Origin: Styela clava
Lineage: Eukaryota
Reading direction: 5' to 3'
Assembly: GCF_964204865.1 (NCBI RefSeq)
Contig: NC_135250.1
Location: forward strand, 24,366,001 to 24,430,000
Length of the DNA stretch: 64,000 bases
Made by a program: the position numbers and the translations under genes. Below are positions 28,807 through 41,946 of the stretch, one piece after another; position 1 is the stretch's first letter; each line of letters starts with the position of its first letter. The notes beneath the pieces are model-generated. The model had not been told where the DNA came from. It saw only the letters and a list, made by a program, of their open reading frames with translations, and made no database searches.

Positions 28807-29227
28807 CAGGGTGGCCCAAAAGTAGGTATACAGTTATTAAACTATTTTATATGCTTTGAAGCTACTTGCAGTTCACTTTATGTTACTTGTTAAGTACCAC
28901 AAAAAATGCTTATTTTTTAGATAATAAATCTAGTGTGAATTTTGCATTAGTTTTCTAGCTGCTTGGAAGGTAATACATTTTGTAAATCTTTAGCCAACAG
29001 TCACTCATCATAGAGCGTTCATTTCTTCAGTATGGATAAGTAGTTAAATTTAGGTATGATTTGCATTTTACATCAACCGACAGAATGACAAGGAGATTAA
29101 CCCACGAAATGAGGTGCAAAATTGCTGTTTGGCAAGAAGCATATAAATCAGTAAGGAAACTCGCTATGATGAGTACCAGAAAAGCAAATAAAAATTAAAA
29201 GTGTATACTTACTTTTGAGACACCCTG
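28807..29227 (+). mobile_element. Tc1/mariner-superfamily deletion derivative
   Basis: TA TSD, TIR CAGGGTGGCCCAAAAGTAGGTATACA / TGTATACTTACTTTTGAGACACCCTG. Internal MTRRLTHEMRCKIAVWQEAYKSV (~29084) resembles a transposase HTH N-terminus. Confidence 0.8.
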
Positions 29228-29924
29228 TATGTATACATATCACATTGTCCTCACTCCTAAGTTTTTTGAAACAAAATTTTATGGAATGACTACTAATTAT
29301 TAATATTATTTGATGATTGTTTTATAGTCATTACAAATTTTGATTATTTTCATACGTTCCAATTCAATTTTTTTTGCTTCGGGCTACTATTGTCGGACTC
29401 GGCCACGGTTCGCGCTAAAAAAATAAACCGATTATGTTTTGGCGTTCGATTTTCATTGACAAGCACGTTTTTGAATTCTTTATAGCATGTATTGCTACTG
29501 TTATTAAATTAAACTGCTTTTTATATCCTGTGGGCATAAGCGTGAGGCACTGATTGACCAGTTCGTGTGAGGCTTTCTTTCTTCAATCGAGTAAAGTTTC
29601 ATCCCTTGTTTTGTAGTTTGTAAATGAAATTTCTATCTGTGCCTTTTCACAATAAAGATTATATGCACTGGTCTTCAGAAAACTGGCACAAAGTCTATTG
29701 CGAAAGCGTTGAGAATACTTGGTTATAATGTGCATGACTTGTACGAGCAATTTTTCCGCGAAAAAGAATTATGGGACAAGGTAACTGAAACATTTGGAAA
29801 AGGAAAATAACATTTAGTTTTATGTAAAGCCTGGCAGGATAAAGTATCTCTCATGAAAATATACATTAGTATGACGGAAGCTGTTGTTAATGGCTTCGAT
29901 ACAAAAGTGGACTCAGAATAGGTT

Positions 29925-30153
29925 ACGATTTGCATATTTATTCCGGGGGAGAGGAAAGCCGTTAGGACGGCTCAACCATATGACGAACCTCGGCCAGCGG
30001 TTACGTAAACCCACCTACGGCGGCGAGGAGTCCAGCAATCCTCTCGCACATGACCATCCCACATGGGATTAGAACCTGCGAACCCACGCATGGTAATCAG
30101 AGGTGCGGTGGCGAGCGTATTCCTAACGCTTAGCACGATGAACCACACCGCCG
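29925..30153 (-). mobile_element. tRNA-derived SINE in S4 intron 1
   Basis: On the minus strand: GGCGGTGTGGTTCATCGTG (A-box-like), GGTTCTAATCC (B-box-like), GC-rich body and an A-rich 3' end. Confidence 0.7.
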
Positions 30154-31663
30154 TGTCGGTTCACTGTCGGTTGTACTCGAAATTTTTTATCCCATCACTG
30201 CCTTCATGTTTGTTGAACAGGTTGTTAACACGACAGTTACAATAGATGATTATCAACAAAGTCTAGAAGATGTTGATGCAGTAATGGACTGGCCTGCAGT
30301 TGCAGTGTGGGAACAAATCATGGAAGCATTTCCTGATGCTAAAGTAACAATGAGGATTTTGGTTATTCTATGTATATCCTCATTATCTTTTTGCCTACAT
30401 GGGTATATATTTCTTACAAAGGCCGAAGTTTATATGGCCTGCCTATAATGTTTCCAAAGGGCACATCACACATCCACAATATAAAGATTCGGTTCATGCA
30501 TCTGAAACTAATACCTGATCAAGATTCCAATACTCGTCACGAACTGGTAACCGGACAAGATGTCGCTAAGTTATTTAACTGTCTTATCAATCAGACCAAG
30601 ATCAGACTTCTTCAGACATACATAGTTCAATATATTTGTGTTAGTGTGCAGCAAGAATCTGGAATCACTTAGGATAGGTATCTGAACTCTTGCTACAGCA
30701 TCCTTGCAATATATGCATACGGATCGGCCGGCACAAAAGCATAGAAGAAGGATAAGTAGTATAGTCTCGCAAAAACCAAATCATTAATACATTTTTGGGT
30801 AACGCTTTTTGCATTACCGAAGATCAAAATTACAGAACTATATTTTTAACAGGTGATTTTGACGATTCGATCCAGTGAAGACAAATGGTTTGAAAGCGTC
30901 AAATACCAGTATGAAGTTGGAAACCAATACGCACACAATACGGAAACCAGTGGCGTATTTAGGATGTGGCAGTCATGGCTTGTGCTCGTGCCAAAACAGC
31001 GAAAAGTATTAATCATAAAAATCAACAAAATCATTTCAAATTGGGAATAACTGAAACTCGTAGTTCTAATCAAATAAATACGTACAGGTATCTCAATTCA
31101 ATAATTGTCATTATAAATTGCAAACAACTATCAAAGGAGCGCATTTTTAGACTTTGCCATGGGCGCCATTTTACGCCATTTTTACGCCATTTTTACACCA
31201 CTGATTACAATAGAAAGAGAGAAATGGAAAAGGACACAAGGGTATAGTGGATAAAACGTTAGACTTAACGATGATGAAATCTCAGGTTCAAATTTTGGGT
31301 TCACACGTTCACCCCCTCACCTAGGGTGTAATAACTTGGGTAGGCAGTGGCAAACCAGAACCTATATTGTAGCATTGAAGACGAATAAAAAGTTGAGAGG
31401 AACGAGATGAAAAGAGAAAAGAAAGAACACGTTGATGAAGGATGTAGAATGTACAGGGGCCTCCTTTGAATCAATTCATATATATTTTCATTTAAATTTT
31501 TTTTTTTCAGAAAAATTGATTTACTCTTGAAAATATATCATTTGATTGTGGGTTCAGTGTATCGCAGATTCCTAAAACGAAGCTTTCTATTTCTTAATGC
31601 TTGTCTTGGAATTCAACAATTTTCAGGAACACCAATTGAAGCTTTTATGAGGTCAGTTGCTGC

Positions 31664-33755
31664 TAGGCTTGCACGTAATTGACAAAAATCAATTCCGTAA
31701 TTACGGCAAAATCAATTACGTAATGACCCCGTAATTGCGATATTTTTCCACGCATTTAAACCTATCGTAACAACCAATTGAATCCACTTTTTTTCCGAAT
31801 GGGACATTGAAGTTGGGTTTTCCTATTCTTGGCAGTACTACACGCCGGCGGCAGATGTTAAAGACAACTATCAAGGAGTGAATTCAAATTAATTTTATTC
31901 TGATTTTTATCTTTTGTGTTAGCTTTGGTTTTTCTTTATCACCTTCGCAAATTAACCGTCCCATTTTTATGCGATCAATTTTATTTTATCATTACCGACA
32001 CTGGTATACGGATATTTATGGAAACGATAGTTTTTTAAAACCACCTGAGTACTGAATAAAAATTACGGGTTTCTAATTTATTAACCAACAACGATTTCCT
32101 CGCGACGAAGACTTGTTTTTGCAGCGTTTTCTGCATTATCCGACATTACTGCCTTGTTAGCATTTTTATAATAATAATTATTGATGTCGACTTATTGACG
32201 ATATTCCTATTACCATGCTTCATTTTACATTCAATCATTTCGCGGACTGAATGTTTATAACATTATTTGCGATAAATTTAGATCAAATATTATTTATTTG
32301 CGTATAATTTAAATACCGAACTTATATGACATGCCTTCTCCGAAAATACAAAGTTATATCGCAAAACAATGCATTTTGCGACATTTATTTTACACTCACA
32401 ACATTTATTTGCTAACTCAAGTCGGCGATCCTATCGGCCAAGATTGACAAAAGTTTGGTCGAGTGCCGGTGGTATTCAAGTCGACGATAAATCAAAATAA
32501 GTTGCCGCATTTGGTAAGACAGTTAATCATATATGGCCGAAATATTGAGAGGAATTGTGAAAAACATCATGAGCAAGGCCAAGTCCGGACTGATATATAA
32601 CGATAAAACCGTTAACAGAACATCAAGATTTTGTAATAGAAAATGGATCTCGCACAGAATAAACACACAGGCTCATATTTATTTATATATGATAGCAGTT
32701 AAATTTTCAACGGTCCGCGAGGAATCCGTCGTTTTGGTTCATTACGCAATCTCTCTTTTGTCGTCATATTGCTATTTGATAAGCGCGACATTAATTATCA
32801 TGGCGAGGTATTGGCGCGAGTGATCAATCGCTCTTTTCGCTTATTTGGTTCCAATTCGTCGCGAAAGCTCTTCGTTAAATTTCACAAGATAGTCGTGTTG
32901 AAAGGTTATGGATATTTTCCTGTTTATACCCCAAGTCTGAAATGAAACAGCCAAAAATAATATGATATTCCATGTTCATATATCCAGTGTTGATATTAAC
33001 AATAAAGAATGGTTAAGCATTGCTAATCCACACTTGGTGGGGAATTCCCACTATTCAAACGCGTGACTATAAAATAGAATAAAATAGAAACGGAACATAT
33101 ATACCATAAGTAACGGAAAACTGGAACAAGTAAATAATAAATAAAAGTAAAATGGATACAAATGTTTGATAGACCATGTTTGATAGATTGATCTCCTGCG
33201 TTCATTAGTCATTTCACCCGAAGAAGTTGAAACCGGGCGTGTTAGCGTCCATCTGTCTTAACACAATTCTTCCCCCTATCTACGGTTATATGTACATTGG
33301 CCATGGCCATGCTAGATAAGATGCGAGAGAAGTTGAAACCAGGTGTGTTGGCGTCAATCGGTCTCAACGCAATTCTATCCCTTATCTACGGTTAAGTTGC
33401 GGGAGAAGTTAAAACCAAGTGTGTTGGCGTCAAACGGCCCTACTCAGTTCTTGCCCATTAACTACGTTAATAATTTACATTGGCCACGCCAGATAAATTG
33501 ATAATAGGTTAGTAAATGGCAACGCGTCATGCCTTCCTTCACCTACGTAACAAGAGAGAGAAAAACGGCTGCGAATACCGGAACTCTAACTTCTTCTACT
33601 TGTTGAGCTTTCATTTTCGCAATCGACGAAATTGACTGCTTTGAAGAAAGCTCGTTTCAATGCAATAATTACGACTTTACGTAATTCGTAACTTCCCTTC
33701 CGTAACTCCAAATAATTACGTAATTCCGTAAATCCGTAAATTACGTGCAAGCCTA
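31664..33755. mobile_element. Non-autonomous hAT-type DNA transposon, 2092 bp
   Basis: TIR TAGGCTTGCACGTAATT...AATTACGTGCAAGCCTA, perfect 8-bp TSD GTTGCTGC, subterminal CGTAA repeats. The paralogous empty site is in S6 (~59345-59375). Confidence 0.9.
33218..33475 (+). repeat. Three degenerate ~70-nt internal repeats within the hAT element
   Basis: GAAGTTGAAACC(A/G)GGTGTGTTGGCGTC...CTACGGTTA occurs three times. There is only one unit in the 39.7-41.0 kb copy. Confidence 0.7.
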
Positions 33756-35788
33756 GTTGCTGCTATTAGATTTCTAACCAGTTCAAGTCGATCTCATCTC
33801 AAATTAAGGTGAACAATTTCAATTTTAATATGGGCTTGATTTCGTTATAACAATAAAAATTAGGTACATTGTGTCCAGAAAATATATGACCAGAACCTTT
33901 TTGTGCTACCTAACGGTTAAAAAACAGAAATTTTTATTTCCCAAAATGAAAGAATATTAATTTCATTATTTTCAAATTTTTCTCCTATGAAGTCCTAAGG
34001 AATTTGATATTGGGAAGTACTTGAGAATCCATCGTTGCATCTCTCAGGCCCTTACTTTTAGCGCATCACTTTTCAGGCAATCAAGTTCTTTCCTTATAAA
34101 GTCTAAATATTGCATCTAACATTACAAAATGTATCAAAGCATCTAACCCAAAAAGTATACGACGCGGTAACAGACGGTCACGGACAGGCCCGGTGTTTAC
34201 AGACCACTGCAATAAACCAATCAATTTCTCACCCGATTGGTTCTTACTTTATCACGTAAAGTTCGACGCACAACGTAATTCTACATATGAATATTTCACT
34301 TGTACGCTTTTGAAATCAATATCATTCTTTTTCATCAGGTCCCGATATCGGCAACACAACTTATACGTCGAGTCAACATGTCCGAGTAGCAAACTTTTGA
34401 TTTATAACGTTAAGGATGGCTGGGGACCATTGTGCAAATTTCTAAATAAGAAAATCCCGGACAAACCTTTCCCAAGGGAAAACATTAAAGCCGAAATGAC
34501 CCACAAACTGTTGGCCAATAAATGGGAACACGATTGTGGATTGATGGAAGATTTACACAGACGATTCACAATACTATTGGGAACACTGGTTTTCCTAATA
34601 ATCGCGATTATATCTTATGTTGTTATGAAAGATTTTGAAAATTAAAAGTCCCTTTTCAAATATATTTATATATACATCGCCAATTCTGAGTATTTATGAA
34701 CAGTGCTTCATAGATTCAAATGATTCAAGCCTCAAAGTGACTCTCCGACCACCTGAACGTGATTTAACTTTTTCAATTCCGCCGGGACCTGAAATTAAGG
34801 ACCGATCCTGAAAAGTCGTGCCGAAAAAGCATTGGGATGGGACAAGATGGTATTCTACCAGAATAGCTAGCTTATATATTTATCCGCCAGCATGTCTGGA
34901 ACTGCGGTCAGAAATTTTCAAACGCCTGGTAATATGGATTTCTGTTGTTCAATCCCACTGGGACAATCTCAAGAATAAATACCGTTAGCACACATATGTT
35001 CCAAAAGGGAAAAATATGATGAGAAACAACATTAATCCATGTCAGATACCTTATACACTCAATCTGATTTGTTTTCAATAATTATTATAAATCGGCATTG
35101 GGAGGGTATTAAGCCTCGGAAAAAATTTTGGGAAAGTTTTTGAAGAGTAAAATTTGATTTACCTCCCCGATTAATGTCGTATTAAAAATTGTCGAAAACT
35201 CTCTAACTTTTTTTAGCTATAAATTTTGATAAAGAGTAATGATACCGATGTATATGTTGTCGAATACATGAGTAATCCCAGTTTGATATGATGAAATAAC
35301 GTTGATTAACGTGAGATGGAAAGTTTCGTGTCATAATGTGAAGGGGACTCATATTTTTTTCTTTCGCTCGAGCCTCTGACTCATTTAACTCATTAGTATT
35401 CAGTTGTATTATGGCAAATAAATGGGATGTCCCGGGAATTTACAAACTTGTTGACCGTCTCAGACTTTCAAGCCGCGAAAATTAACTTTGTTTTCATAAT
35501 TTCAACATGGAATTGGGTACATTTGGGGATTAATTGCTACAGTATTAAACTCGTTACAATAATGTGATGCAATGTTTAAAAAATAAATAAAATTAAAAAC
35601 ATAAATACAAAACATTTTATACAAAATCATATTAACATCCAAAAATATTCATTGGAATTGTAACAGGAAAATTTGACAATTAGTGGTATTTGTTTAATTA
35701 ATGTAAATTTATTTAAATGCAAATCTAAATCAATAATTGTTTCTTTAATGTGATTCTACATATATATTATACAATTTTCCTCCCCCTT

Positions 35789-36579
35789 TTATGCAGATAT
35801 TGCTATTAATCTAGGGCACTCAACATTATTGTTAGATTTGAGAACATATTTATGTTTGCATGGATCGGAATCGTCAGGCATCGCTTCTTACTCGTCTGGA
35901 AGAATGGCAGTTTGCATGCTGAAAAACATAAACATAGACAGTTATTGTTGCGTGCGCTACAGCGGTACTAAGGTTACTAATTTTACATTCGGTAAAAAGA
36001 TTATTTATGACAATCATCATCATAACTAACTGCGTGTAACCTATCCAATAATTAAATTTGATAATCACTTACTTGTTACAGCAAGATGTGGCAACAGTTT
36101 CAATTATTCGATAAACTATGAACAGTTGAGATGGGAGATGTTCATTGGAATTTTTTCATTTTGGTGAAACCGGGTGGACATGATGGTGGAAGATTATTAC
36201 GATCAATATCTTCAAATAAGGTTTCAACTTCATCAGGTCCAGGCAATCCATATGCTGTCAGTAGCGAACAGTTTAGATGAATCTGTATAAATGTAATAAA
36301 CAAATGTGTTTAAAAGGTTATTTTTGTTAAACAGCAATCCATGAAAGAGTACAAATACATACGTGATAAGCTGCAATGTTGCATCGACATTCAACGCAAG
36401 GTCCGACGTTCCACACCTCACCAACTTCATAGAAATTCGTAAATATACCTAAAAAAGATGTTGGAGTGTATTTACACCTTTTATCTCCTGATATATCGTA
36501 GGTACAACTGGCGCTGATGCATCCAACAATCGCAAATGAGATCAAAGTTATGAAAACAGCTTTTAACAGAGTATTTCAT
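35789..36579 (-). pseudogene. MSMB/PSP94-like pseudogene M1
   Basis: Exons 36579-36363, 36282-36073, 35918-35789. Frameshift in the signal peptide, +1 frameshift in exon 2, TAA replacing a Cys codon in exon 3. TATA segment is deleted upstream. Confidence 0.85.
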
Positions 36580-37398
36580 CTTGTTTGTAAGAAACAAATT
36601 CAATATTTCGAGCAAAACAAATTTTGAATCTTCAACACAGTTCAGAAATCAGTGTGGAGAGAACTAATTTATACAGAAATAATTTCAATTGTGCTGTGTT
36701 GGGCATAATCACTGTCTTAGCGATTTTCTCTGTTTTCAGTTTGTTCACAAATCACGAGAGTGCAAGTAGTCACTTTTGTTTTTTGAAATAGATACCTTTT
36801 ACGATGAGCTGACGGAAGTAGTTTAGAAAGTCCTAATTTATTTATAGAAACATATCTCTGTATTACTAATCTGTTTACCAAAATTTTGTAATTTCTTTCT
36901 GTCGGTTTTATGTTTTTATCCTAATACATTTAGCTTTTTATTTTCGATATGGAAAATTCCAATCGGATGAAATCTCGTAAACAACTTTCATTTGGGTCAA
37001 TTATTTCACTTTTTGTAAATCTAATTAATACTGATCACTACTAATTTGAACCGAAAGTAAAAGCTGGAAATCTAGTATAAAAGTTATTTATAATAATCTG
37101 TAATTCTGTTTATTTTTACACTGTAATGTTTAATTTGGGAATTAAAAAGAAATTGAATTAAAAAAACACATTCCATCATACAAAAACATTCTCGTCAATG
37201 AAATCCAAAAGCAAAGTCGGTTCATTTCTTTGGCGCCAACATCAGCCGAGCGCAACAACAACAGTCCGAGGCCAAAAATGTTTCATTGGAACATGTGAAA
37301 ACAATCAAAATTTGTAGTAACTAATAAACAATCACAAATATTAATAATATTAATTGTCATTTTGTTTCACAAAAATTCAGAATGAGAACAATGTAATA

Positions 37399-38166
37399 CA
37401 GGGTGGGCCAAAGTTGCGAGGTTGAAGGGCCGCAAAAACTTTTGAATAGGTCTCGCGGGCCGCAGTCGTAGAAAACCCAAAAGTGATCAAAACATGGCGA
37501 GTTTACTCACTGTAGATATATTTAGGAATGAGAATTTAATGGTTCTAATCAGTTTTTCAAGGAAACTATATAAAGCCTTTAGTTATTTTTAAAAAAAATT
37601 CCCGAGAAATATCGTGGTATTTTCGGTATCTTTCGTGTTTGCTTTTGTAATGTCGCTTAAAATTATATTCTTTCGTGACAAATATTACTTGAAAACACAC
37701 CAGACACTGTGGGTAAGGAAATACGTTTACTCTCAGTTTACTTCGGTCACCTTTTTGTACACTCATCGCGTGATGAATGTTTTACTTATAGCGTGAGCAG
37801 GCCTAGTGCTACCGTCAAAAAACAACCCAGTTCGTCTAAGTTAGAACCTCGGACCCGGATAAAAAAAATAACTGGATCGCGCGGCGCTGAGTCAGATCTG
37901 CGGTTTGTCACTGCTTTCACATGGCCAACGCTTGAAAATAGAGGAATGTTTTAGACGTTTATAGATACAACAATGGAATTCCGTAATTTTAACAAACATC
38001 AATCCCGACATCTGATCAGGAAAAGGACTATTCCTAGTTGGAATAGTTTAAAAATTATTCAAAATTGTTCTGCTAATTAATACAAGTATCTGTCAATGGT
38101 TTAGTAGTGTACGCTAAAATTTTTCTGCGGGCGGCACGGAATGTGTCCGCAGTTTGGACCACCCTG
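37399..38166 (-). mobile_element. hAT (Charlie/SPIN-like) deletion derivative with transposase N-terminal remnant
   Basis: TIR CAGGGTGGGCCAAA/TTTGGACCACCCTG, 8-bp TSD ATGTAATA. ORF 37766-37566 contains PQCLVC..KEYNFKRHYKSKH (SPIN/GTF2IRD2-type zinc finger). Empty site at ~53948. Confidence 0.88.
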
Positions 38167-38740
38167 ATGTAATATATATCTATATTAACTCAATTCAGAT
38201 TCTACCATTATTATGAACATGAAGGCTTGAAGTTTTAGATATGCAGTAATCTAGTTGTCGCTGTATAGTTGTTTTATTATTATACTACTAAAAACGAAAC
38301 GAAGACAAAAAATTGAAACTTTTCCATAATATTTCTTCAGTTCTGACGCTCACAAATAAATCTAATTTCGTATCTTACGTGAAACTAATTGGAATGTAAC
38401 TAAAAGTAGTCGCAACTATAAAATAAGAAACTATTTCTAATTTATGGAAAACAAGTGAGTAACGTTTCATTTATTAGAAAAGTTCTTATCCCAGAAACAT
38501 ATAAAAAGAATAAGTGTTTTTACTTTCGTTATCGTGAACGAAAATAACACGACAGACCGAATCGCATTTATTTTTTTCCGTTCCGGGAAAGGTATAAGAG
38601 GCTGCGAATATGTCAAATACAACACAACTAAACTTTTCTGTGTAAATTGAATAACTTCAATAGTTTTCAACTTTCTGAACTGTCTTATATAATCGAAATC
38701 CTATTTGCTTGAGTTGCTGAATTCGTTTCTTACAAACAAG

Positions 38741-41172
38741 ATGAAATACTCCTCGATAAAAGCTATTTTCGGATCTTTGATCTCATTTGCAATTGTTGGA
38801 TGCATCAACGCCAGTTGTACCTACGATATATCAGGAGATACCTGGTGTAGACACACATCAACTACTCCTACAAGTAGATTTACAAATTTTTATGAAGTTG
38901 GTGAAGTGTGGAACGATGGACCATGTGTTGAATGTCGATGCCATCCCGTAACTTACAGAGTATGTATTAGTAAATATTGACTAGTATTGGACACAAAGTC
39001 CATATGCACTTCCTATAAATTGTTTTGTTTTTATTATGTTGATTTTGTTGTAAAAAAATCTCCTTTCTCAGCAACTACAGGTACAATTGCTTTGAAATTT
39101 TCGGAGGTTAAAGATTGTTGTAATCATTAGAAGGCTAAAACTTTTATATTCTGTGGGCTCTATGGGATTCCTTTTTCAATCTGAAGTTTTAGGTGATAAC
39201 GTCATCAAATTTAAAAAGTGCGCATTAGGCCGCATTTCAGCGAATTAGGGAGAACTACCGTTAAAGATTTGATACCGATACTACTCCGTCTTGGCTTTCG
39301 TGCCCTTATCTTCTGGCATTGTTCTCTTGTTTTCTTGAGAAAATATAACGTTTTTAAAATGTCATTCATTAACTTTGATACAGACTCATTTAAACTGTTC
39401 GCTACTCGTGGAAGATGGAAAGACTGGACCGGATGAAGTTGAAACCTACTTTATAAATCTTGGCAACGTCTATCCAACATCATGTCCGTTCGCCTTCACC
39501 CAAGTTACTGACTCCAACAAACATCTCGCATCCCAGCTGTTTGTTGTTTATCGATTTGTTGACACTGTTGCCACATCTTGCTGTGACAGGTGGGTAAATC
39601 TAACATTTAATGGTAGAGTTACGTGCGCTTTAATTTAATGCAATTAATTCTGATAGACTATGAAACTTATTGTATTAGTGAAGTATGTGTACAGTCTAGG
39701 CTTGCACGTAATTTACGGATTTACGGAATTACGGAATTATTTCGAGTTACGTAAGCGAAGTAACGAATTACGTAAAGTCGTAATTATTGGTCGAGTACTT
39801 TCGCGATTGAAACGAGCTCTCTTCAGAGCAGTCAATTCCGTTAATTGTAAAAAATTAAGTTTAATAAGTAGAAGTTAGAGTTCCGGTATTAGGAGCCGTT
39901 TTTCTCTCTCTTGTTACGCAGGTGGGGAAGGCATAACGCGTTGCCATTTACTAACCTATCATCACTTTATCTAGCATGGCCAAAGTACATATTAAACTTA
40001 GATAAGGGATAGAATTGTGTTGAGACCGATGGACGCCAACACACCTGGTTTCAACTTCTTCGGGTGAAATGACTAACGAATGTAAGAGATCAACTTATCA
40101 AACATGGTCTATTTGTAAATGCCGTGATAATTAATGTCGCGCTTATCAAACAACAATATGACGACGGAAGAGAAATTGCGTAATAAACCAACGCAACTTA
40201 CTTAGGTAGTTTTTTCGGCATCGGTAAATCGATTGAGACGGCAGAGAAAACGAAACGACGGGATTTCCCGTGTTTATTCTGCGCGAGAACCATTTTCTAT
40301 TACAAAATCTTGATGTTCTGTTACCGGTTTTATCGTTATATATCTGTCCAGACTTGGCCTTGCTCAATATGTTTTTCACAATACCTCGCTATATTTTGGC
40401 CAAATATGATTAACTGTCTTTACCGAAAGTGGCAACTTATTTTGATTTATCGTCGACTCGAATACCGCCGGCACTCGACCAAACTTGTGTCAATCTTGGC
40501 CGATAGGATTGTCGACTTGAGTTAGAAAAATAAATTAATATTTTCGTGAGTGCAAAATAAATGTCACAAAATGCATTGTTTTGCGATATAACTTTGTATT
40601 TTCGGAGAAGGCATGTCATATAATTACGGTATTAATATCCGTATACCAGTGTTGGTAATGATAAAATTGATCGCATGAAATTGGGTGATAAAGAAAAATC
40701 AAAGCTAACACAAAAGATAAAAATCAGAATAAAATTAATTTGAATTCACTCCTTGATATTTGTCTTTAACATCTGTCGCCGGCGTGTAGTACTGCCAGGA
40801 ATATGGAAACGAAACTTCGATGTCCCATTCGGAATAGAAGTGGATTCAATTGGTTGTTATGATAGGTTTAAATGTGTGAAAAAAATATTGCAATTACGGG
40901 GTCATTACGTAATCGATTTGGCCGTAATTACGGAATTGATTTTTGTCAATTACGTGCAAGCCTAGTGTACACATCAAGTCTATAGAGGTTTTACAACACT
41001 TTTTGTCGATAATTCATTTAATATCTGGTTTATGTTTTGCAGAATGCAACTTGCCGTCCTACCAGACGACTGCGAAGCAATACCTGACGATTCCGATCAA
41101 TGTATATTTAAATTTGTTTTGAAATCCAACAATAATATTGAGTGCTCTGGAAATATGGCAATGTCTGGATAA
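38741..41172 (+). CDS. Secreted beta-microseminoprotein (MSMB/PSP94)-like protein M2 with insertion, intact, 184 aa
   Basis: Exons 38741-38959, 39384-39589, 41043-41172 (555 nt). Signal peptide MKYSSIKAIFGSLISFAIVGCINA, then SC..C..GEVWNDGPCVECRC..[insert, 2 Cys]..CC..C..C..C. The PSP94 assignment rests on my recognition of the Cys/Trp pattern. Confidence 0.8.
39697..40964. mobile_element. Second, shorter, inverted copy of the same hAT-type element in M2 intron 2
   Basis: Same 17-bp TIRs. Internal sequence is the reverse complement of 31664-33755 with deletions. TSD is imperfect (GTGTACA on both sides). Confidence 0.88.
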
Positions 41173-41724
41173 AAGAGAAAAGTCAAATTTTAAGAAACAA
41201 TCAATTTACATTAAATAAATAGTGTTAATTATCGCACATTTTTTAGTTGAAATTTGTGTGTAACAATATTCCTTGGTTCGTACGTTGATATATAGTACAT
41301 GTGCTCAATAAAATTAACAACAATAACATTATGAAACAATTAAATACCAGTGAGTTTTATATTGTAATAAAAAGAATAGACTTTACATTCATTTTATCTG
41401 TTCAACGTAGGATTATTTGTGTTAACCAGTGTTTGTTTGAAGGTATTAAACGCCATTTCGAGTCACAGGTTATCAGCGTGTCGAGTCAAGTCAGGGTCTA
41501 GGAAAATTTCGATTCATAAGTTAAGTCTTTTTGCTCACACGATTCAAGTAGAGTCGCAAAAATCTCAACTGACAGGTCGAGTTAAAGGCATTCCAGACTG
41601 ATCGAATCACTTCGAGTGTTTAAATAACGTGACTCGAGTCATTCATTCGAATCACTCCAGTACTATTAATAACCATTAGAAATATGAGTTAGGGCTGATA
41701 GTTTGTTATATATTTATAACATTT

Positions 41725-41946
41725 AATCTTCAAAATATCTCATAACATCATAAGAAATAATTGCGATTATCAGAAAAATCAGTGTTCCCAACAGGGTTTT
41801 AAATCGTCTATGAAAATCTTCGATCAATCCACAATCGTGTTCCAATTTGTTGGAAAACAATTTGTAAGTCTTTTTAATGTTTTTCCTTGGGAAAGGTATG
41901 TCCGGGATTTCTCGGTTTAGAAATTTGCACAGCGGTTACGAGCCAT
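41725..41946 (-). pseudogene. Sulfotransferase exon-5 fragment (S4 subfamily)
   Basis: Reverse complement matches the 3' part of S4 exon 5 (PLCKFL...HDCGL...TLIFLIIAII) with indels. Confidence 0.75.

Larger units (their letters stand above)
29652..34645 (+). pseudogene. Sulfotransferase copy S4, divergent subfamily, probable pseudogene
   Basis: Exons 29652-29780 (start codon reads ATA, not ATG), 30221-30343, 30853-~30935 (no GT at the paralogous donor), 31511-31651, 34339-34645. Exon frames are otherwise open. A 2.1-kb transposon is inserted 12 nt into intron 4. Confidence 0.72.

Noticed and set aside
32533-32823. ORF shared by both TAGG-hAT copies (also 40146-40379) as a transposase
   Set aside because: No DDE, BED or dimerisation motifs. 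The two copies diverge in frame, so the similarity only reflects the repeat.
33218-33475. Repeat-spacer-like pattern resembling a CRISPR array
   Set aside because: Long degenerate units without unique spacers, inside a eukaryotic transposon, and no cas genes.
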